From Naegleria gruberi (lineage: Eukaryota): DNA of 64,000 bases. Both the position numbers and the translations under genes were made by a program. Position 1 is the first letter of the stretch; every line of letters begins with the position of its first letter. A model generated the notes under the pieces. The model saw only the letters and a program-made list of their open reading frames with translations. It was not told the origin of the DNA and made no database searches. The DNA is taken from NCBI GenBank assembly GCA_000004985.1, contig GG738916.1. One strand, given 5' to 3'. This document shows, piece by piece, positions 63,369 to 64,000 of the stretch.

Positions 63369-64000
63369 ATGTTATCTACATCTAGTTCTTCATTGCCCCT
63401 CAACCAATTAACCTCTCGTATTGGTCACAGTGGTATCTTTCATAAGGATCAGGTCTACCTTTTCGGAGGCTTTGTCAATTCCAACACTCTAGACAAACCT
63501 CTTGTTTATGTAAATGATCTGATTCAGGTGGATGTTTCTACTAGAAAGTGGGTAAACAAGACAACACACAATATCGGACCAAGTGCTCGTAACTTCCACT
63601 CATCATGTCTTTTGAAAGGAAAAGAAAATGATGATCGTAGTGGTGATGGTGCTGAGAGATGATTATTTTTGGCGGGAAATCAAATGGTTTTCATAATGAC
63701 GTTTGGTCGTATCGATTTGATACTTCTGAGTGGAGATTATTGGAACCTAGTAGTGGTGTTAGTGGTGTTAGTGGTGGTAATCAGATGATTAGTCCACGTT
63801 ATGGTCAATCGGCAACTATTTATGGTGATTATTTGGTTGTGTTTGGTGGTTATGATAACAATAGTTTCACATCGAATGAATTGTTTATTTTCAATTTGGA
63901 GAGTAGAGAATGGAAATTGATAGAATTGAGTGTTGAAATTAAGGGAAGATATTATCATGCTAGTGTTTTGGATGAAGAAACTGGTGATTGGTATATTTTG
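63369..64000 (+). CDS. Second kelch-repeat gene (paralog of the gene at 27538). Apparent frame break near 63655. 3' end outside the window.
   Basis: Exon ORF 63369-63662 (RIGHSGIFHKDQVYLFGGF...FHSSCLL). The kelch repeats continue from about 63659 in the -1 frame (MIIFGGKSNGFHNDVWSYRFD...LVVFGGYDNNS...) to the window edge. I could not find a GT..AG intron to reconcile the two frames. Confidence 0.45.

Noticed and set aside
1-64000. Prokaryotic interpretation (operons, CRISPR, Shine-Dalgarno, phage or plasmid content)
   Set aside because: Phase-consistent GT-AG introns, an intron-containing nuclear tRNA, poly-Asn/Gln coding tracts and eukaryote-specific domains (kelch, RCC1, F-box, SNARE, RGS, MYND) exclude it. 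No CRISPR-like direct-repeat or spacer array is present.

Overview
The window is an AT-rich (about two-thirds A+T), compact eukaryotic nuclear region with roughly 38 protein-coding genes on both strands. Intergenic spacers are mostly 100–700 bp. Several genes carry very short spliceosomal introns of 41–100 nt, plus one candidate of 263 nt. Donor sites seen are GTAAGT, GTAGGT and GTTTGT. Coding regions contain poly-Asn/Gln/Thr and His-rich tracts, and the window holds many F-box/LRR genes, a DUF4116 gene and two 7TM-RGS receptors. One nuclear tRNA carries a 17-nt intron at the canonical position. Taken together this looks like an amoebozoan genome, possibly a dictyostelid with moderate AT content, but that organism assignment is inference.

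The provided ORF track treats TTG (and probably other alternative codons) as starts and translates them as M. I checked this for the ORFs starting at 27901, 34607, 58169, 16366 and 61501, and for the minus-strand ORFs starting at 9511, 26882 and 43870. Several 'M' starts in the track are therefore not real ATGs, and they point to missing upstream exons.

Genes I can support:
- UDP-glycosyltransferase
- a 1966-aa alpha-2-macroglobulin / thioester protein with bacterial-type signatures, intronless and lacking its own ATG
- an APH/choline-kinase-like phosphotransferase
- five F-box (mostly LRR) proteins
- a fibrinogen-related-domain-like membrane protein
- a secreted alpha-crystallin small heat-shock protein
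- a DUF4116 repeat protein, with a degenerate duplicate of its 5' end 3 kb away
- two 7TM proteins with C-terminal RGS domains
- a PPPDE-like peptidase
- a Q-SNARE
- two kelch-propeller genes
- a TLDc protein
- phenylalanine hydroxylase (46-nt intron)
- an RCC1-repeat protein
- a six-exon cathepsin B
- an amidohydrolase
- a His-rich ankyrin/MYND protein
- a P5-type ATPase (45-nt intron)
- an IFI6/IFI27-like small membrane protein
- a prolyl-4-hydroxylase-like 2OG oxygenase
- a PI3K-like pseudokinase
- tRNA-Thr(UGU, with intron), tRNA-Asn(GUU), and a truncated tRNA-Asp-like remnant beside a 50-N assembly gap

The observation I rate most interesting is the bacterial-type A2M ORF. It has no start codon or signal peptide of its own and can be joined in frame, through a 71-nt GTTTGT...AG intron, to the upstream phosphotransferase-domain ORF. 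It sits a few kb from a FReD-like gene.
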